NCBI GenBank assembly: GCA_963662465.1
Contig: OY759599.1
Coordinates: 5,728,001-5,792,000, forward strand
Direction: 5' to 3'
From: Desulfatiglandales bacterium
Lineage (GTDB): Bacteria > Desulfobacterota > DSM-4660 > Desulfatiglandales > Desulfatiglandaceae
DNA: 64,000 nt
The position numbers and the translations under genes are program-made. The notes under the pieces are model-generated. The model was not told the DNA's origin and did not search any database. It saw only the letters and a list, made by a program, of their open reading frames with translations. Shown one piece after another: positions 60,648 to 64,000 of this stretch. Position 1 is the first letter of the stretch. Each line of letters begins with the position of its first letter.

Positions 60648-60786
60648 GATATCCTATAGAACAGGTTCTGTTTCTTTATTTCTAAGGGTATCTATTTTCA
60701 ATTCTAGGGGTTTCACCCGATTTTAATCCTTCCCCTTATACGTCATAATGACCCTCAAAGCAGTCCAAAGGAAATAAAAGAGAAAA

Positions 60787-61581
60787 ATGATCAAATCATC
60801 ATTTGATATGCAATTAAAGGTCCTACTGGTCGACGATAACCCGCAGTTTCTCGCTGCCGCACAGCGTTTGCTGTCCAATGATCCGGACATCCGTATCGTG
60901 GGAAAGGCGTCATCAGGAGAACAAGCCCTTAAGATGTTAGACGAACAGCGTCCCGATCTGGTGTTGCTGGATATTGCCATGCCGGGACTTAACGGTCTCG
61001 AGACGGCTCAAAAAATCAAAGAAGGGCCGACCGTACCCAAAATTATCATTCTCACCCTTTACGAAAATGCCGAATACCGTGAGGTTGCGAAAACCCTTCA
61101 CGTGGATGGCTTTATCTCCAAAACAGATTTCGGAACAAAGCTTTACCCCCTTGTTCAGAAATTTAAATTGGAAAAACAGGCCTACGGCCGAAACAAGGAG
61201 AAGAGCATGAAAACGATCCTGCTCGTAGATGATTCATCTACCATGCGCCGAATGGTCAAAGCCTCTTTACAAAGCATACCCCAGACGGACTTCATAGAGG
61301 CGGCCAACGGCCTGGAGGCCATTGAAAAGGTAGCCATTGAATCCGTGAGCCTGATGGTCCTGGATCTCAATATGCCCGATATGCATGGATTGGAGGTCCT
61401 TAAATTTTTGAGGGGCCATGAAAGATATCAATCCCTGCCCGTCATTGTGTTGACCACCCGCGGGGATGAAATAAGCCGTGAGGCAGCCCTGGCAGCCGGC
61501 GCTACCCTGTATTGGACCAAACCCTTTAATCCCGGTGAATTCAACGCCCGGGTGAGGCAACTCCTGGGAGGTCTGAAATGA
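60787..61581 (+). CDS. Tandem receiver protein; the C-terminal CheY-like domain has its own SD and ATG (61207)
   Basis: LLVDDN...LLDIAMP and ILLVDDS...VLDLNMP...TKPF; AAGGAG at 61195-61200. Confidence 0.82.
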   Translation: MIKSSFDMQLKVLLVDDNPQFLAAAQRLLSNDPDIRIVGKASSGEQALKMLDEQRPDLVLLDIAMPGLNGLETAQKIKEGPTVPKIIILTLYENAEYREVAKTLHVDGFISKTDFGTKLYPLVQKFKLEKQAYGRNKEKSMKTILLVDDSSTMRRMVKASLQSIPQTDFIEAANGLEAIEKVAIESVSLMVLDLNMPDMHGLEVLKFLRGHERYQSLPVIVLTTRGDEISREAALAAGATLYWTKPFNPGEFNARVRQLLGGLK

Positions 61582-63635
61582 CGGATACCAACGGGAATTT
61601 TCCTTTTGAAGCATTTCTCGACGATTATTATGCCGAGGCCGACGAACACCTGACCCTGATTCGCCAAACCCTCATGTCGGTTGAGTCTCACCTGCAGGAA
61701 ACGGCAATGACGCCTGAAAAGCCAATGGCGCCGGCCCTGATCAACGATCTTTTTCGCAGTTTTCATACCCTCAAGGGTCTTTCCGCAATGGTCGGTTTGA
61801 AAACCGCAGAAACCATCGCACACCATGTGGAAAATTTTCTACGAATCCTTTCCCAGGAAAAAATTCCCCTCACCCGTGAAAATCTGAGTACCCTGGTCCA
61901 GGGCACCCGAATGCTGGAAACCGTTATTGCCGCAAAACGCGAAGGAACAGCATTGCCCAATATGGAGGCATCCATTGAAAATCTTCGGGAACAACTGCCC
62001 CTGAAATCCATCGATCCCAAAAAAGACCCTGGAACCGGCATTGAAACCCACGAAACCCTGCCGAAAACGGAACACCAGCAGGAATCCCAGGAAGAAAAAC
62101 CCCTCTGGCGCTTTACCTTTTTTCCCACCCAGGAGTTGTCCAAAAAGGGGATTGACGTCAACCATATTCGCGACCGCATTGAAAAAAACGGTCGCCTCAT
62201 TCAGGCAACCCCTCAGATCGCCGTCGATGGAAAAGTCTTTTTTGAATTCCTCGTTGCGACGGATCAGGATTCATCAGCTTTTGAACCCTGGACAAAGGAA
62301 GGCGTAAGGTTTGAACCCTATGAAAACCCCACGAAACCTGAAAGATCAGAAACCGGAAAAGTCGCACTGTCTTTACCGGGAGATACGGAAAAACCCAATG
62401 CCACCGAGGAAACGTTCCCTGAATCGATTTCCGTGGGTCCCTCCAACGTGGTTCGGGTACATCTCAACCACCTGGATGCCATCATGCAACGGGTGGGAGA
62501 CCTGGTGATCAGTCGCTCCCGACTGGAAAACGGAATTCGAGCGCTGGAAAACCGTCTTCCCGGAATGGAATACAACCTGCTTCAGGAAACTCACCTGGCC
62601 ATGGAAAGGCAACTTCGGGATCTGCGGGAGGGGATCATGCGGCTCAGGCTGGTTCCCGTGTCCGATATTTTTACCCGTATGCAGTTTGTCATCCATGATC
62701 TGGCCCCGAAATATGAGAAAAAAGTTCACTTGGAAATGGTGGGTAAAGACACGGAAATTGATAAATTTGTGGTGGAGCGTATGATGGATCCACTGCTGCA
62801 CCTGGTGCGAAACGCCATCACTCACGGGCTGGAACCGGAGACGGAAAGAATTCAAAAGGGGAAATCCCCCCAGGGAAAAATCACCCTGCGTGCGTCCACT
62901 GAGGGTGATGCGGTCTTGGTGGAGGTTGCGGATGACGGCCGAGGCATAGACTTAGATGCGGTGGGAAAGCGGGCCATGGAACTGGGACTTCAGGAAACAG
63001 CCGCGGCGCCCGACATGCAGCACCTGTTGCGTCATATTTGTTCCCCAGGCTTTTCCACCCAACAGGAGGCGGATCTGGGCAGTGGCAGGGGCGTCGGCAT
63101 GGCCGTGGTATTTAAGGCGGTTCAGGATCTGGGTGGTTTTTTGAGCGTACAGACAACCGCAAATCACGGGACCCGGTTCCGTATTCGCCTGCCCCTTACC
63201 CTGGCAATTGTGGATGCTCTGATTGTCAAAAGTGCTGACCAGATTTTCGCCGTACCCCAGCCATCCATTCGCGAAGTGGTGGAACTTAATCCGGGGAAAG
63301 TGACGGAGATGGAAAACAATGAGTTACTTCCCCATCGTGGGGGGGTCATTCCCCTGTTGCGGCTTTCAAGCCTGTTTGGTTTACCCACCATGGCGGAAAA
63401 TGAGCGAGTGGTTCTGGTGGTGGGGGAAGGAACGGAAATGATGGGCATTGCGGTGGATCGTGTTTTGAGCAAGCGGGAGATTGTTGTGCGGGCCCTGGAT
63501 GATCCATTGGTCATGGTTCCCGGTATTGTGGGGGCAACGGAGCTGGGGGACGGCCGAGCCGTCATGATCCTGGATACCGTCGGACTGGTTTACGGGTCCT
63601 CCGGAACTTCATCCATAACCCCATTGAAGCAGTAA
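61578..63635 (+). CDS. cheA: Chemotaxis histidine kinase CheA
   Basis: HPt FRSFHTLKG, HLVRNAITHG, DDGRG, GFST, SGRGVGM, LPLTLAI, C-terminal CheW-like domain. Confidence 0.95.
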   Translation: MTDTNGNFPFEAFLDDYYAEADEHLTLIRQTLMSVESHLQETAMTPEKPMAPALINDLFRSFHTLKGLSAMVGLKTAETIAHHVENFLRILSQEKIPLTRENLSTLVQGTRMLETVIAAKREGTALPNMEASIENLREQLPLKSIDPKKDPGTGIETHETLPKTEHQQESQEEKPLWRFTFFPTQELSKKGIDVNHIRDRIEKNGRLIQATPQIAVDGKVFFEFLVATDQDSSAFEPWTKEGVRFEPYENPTKPERSETGKVALSLPGDTEKPNATEETFPESISVGPSNVVRVHLNHLDAIMQRVGDLVISRSRLENGIRALENRLPGMEYNLLQETHLAMERQLRDLREGIMRLRLVPVSDIFTRMQFVIHDLAPKYEKKVHLEMVGKDTEIDKFVVERMMDPLLHLVRNAITHGLEPETERIQKGKSPQGKITLRASTEGDAVLVEVADDGRGIDLDAVGKRAMELGLQETAAAPDMQHLLRHICSPGFSTQQEADLGSGRGVGMAVVFKAVQDLGGFLSVQTTANHGTRFRIRLPLTLAIVDALIVKSADQIFAVPQPSIREVVELNPGKVTEMENNELLPHRGGVIPLLRLSSLFGLPTMAENERVVLVVGEGTEMMGIAVDRVLSKREIVVRALDDPLVMVPGIVGATELGDGRAVMILDTVGLVYGSSGTSSITPLKQ

Positions 63636-63675
63636 AACCGCTAATGAAATGCCAGGTTACAAGGAGGTGAAGCCC

Positions 63676-64000
63676 ATGTCGGATTCACAAGAAAACAGAG
63701 AGCCATACATCCTGTTCCAGCTCAAAAAAACCACCTATGCCATTCCCAGTCGGCTGGTGGAACAGATGGAGATGGTGGAAGAATTTACGCCGGTTCCCAA
63801 TTCGCCCCCCTATGTGGAAGGTCTCGCATTTGTTCGCGGTCGGGTTATTCCCGCCATCAATCTGCGGGTGCGTTTTGGATTTCCCAAGATTGCCTATGAC
63901 CTGGCCACGCGCCTGGTGGTGGTTCGATCGGGCCAGCGAAGCGTTGGACTGATTGTGGATGCGGCCCGGGAATTTCTATCCATTGGAGAGGACGTCATAC
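63676..64000 (+). CDS. cheW: CheW coupling protein, 3'-truncated by the window edge
   Basis: AAGGAGG SD, ATG 63676; TPVPNSPPYVEGLAFVRGRVIPAINLR...VGLIVD. Confidence 0.9.
   Translation, partial: MSDSQENREPYILFQLKKTTYAIPSRLVEQMEMVEEFTPVPNSPPYVEGLAFVRGRVIPAINLRVRFGFPKIAYDLATRLVVVRSGQRSVGLIVDAAREFLSIGEDVI

Noticed and set aside
60705..60720. NarL/LuxR-type operator TAGGGGTTTCACCCGA before the chemosensory genes
   Set aside because: Imperfect short palindrome with no second clear copy; cannot be supported without comparative data.

Overview
Chromosomal, origin-proximal window of an anaerobic bacterium. Gene content and order suggest Desulfobacterota (Desulfobacteria-like); this is inferred, not searched. 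Left to right: (1) a DASS/SLC13 transporter-YIP1-CBS/ACT-receiver-porin cluster; (2) a 4.65-8.75 kb mosaic of REP hairpins, MITEs, a sensor-kinase pseudogene and a degenerate hybrid kinase; (3) CBS-type Mn-pyrophosphatase, lipoprotein, Cys-nucleophile alpha/beta hydrolase, the IscU-like + GGGtGRT pair, a GNAT, an M48 protease, queF and an AlaA-type aminotransferase; (4) a minus-strand glycogen cluster (GH13-GH133 debranching fusion, glgP, glgA, glgB); (5) a minus-strand Wood-Ljungdahl cluster (cooC, acsD, cooS, acsB, acsC, acsE, Mrp/ApbC) set head-to-head with (6) dnaA-dnaN-gyrB-gyrA-gpsA-birA-ddl; (7) a prkA-yeaH-spoVR-prkA operon; (8) a MITE abutting a perfect parS site; (9) a NarX/NarL-type pair and the start of a chemosensory operon. 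Best leads: (a) an alanine-codon-rich leader peptide with a complete antiterminator/terminator switch ahead of the alanine transaminase; (b) a strongly degenerate DnaA flanked by an origin-like ~200-bp AT-rich element that lacks canonical DnaA boxes and has two further close copies about 31-35 kb away inside the repeat mosaic. No rRNA, tRNA or CRISPR array was recognised. All calls were made by eye, without database searches.
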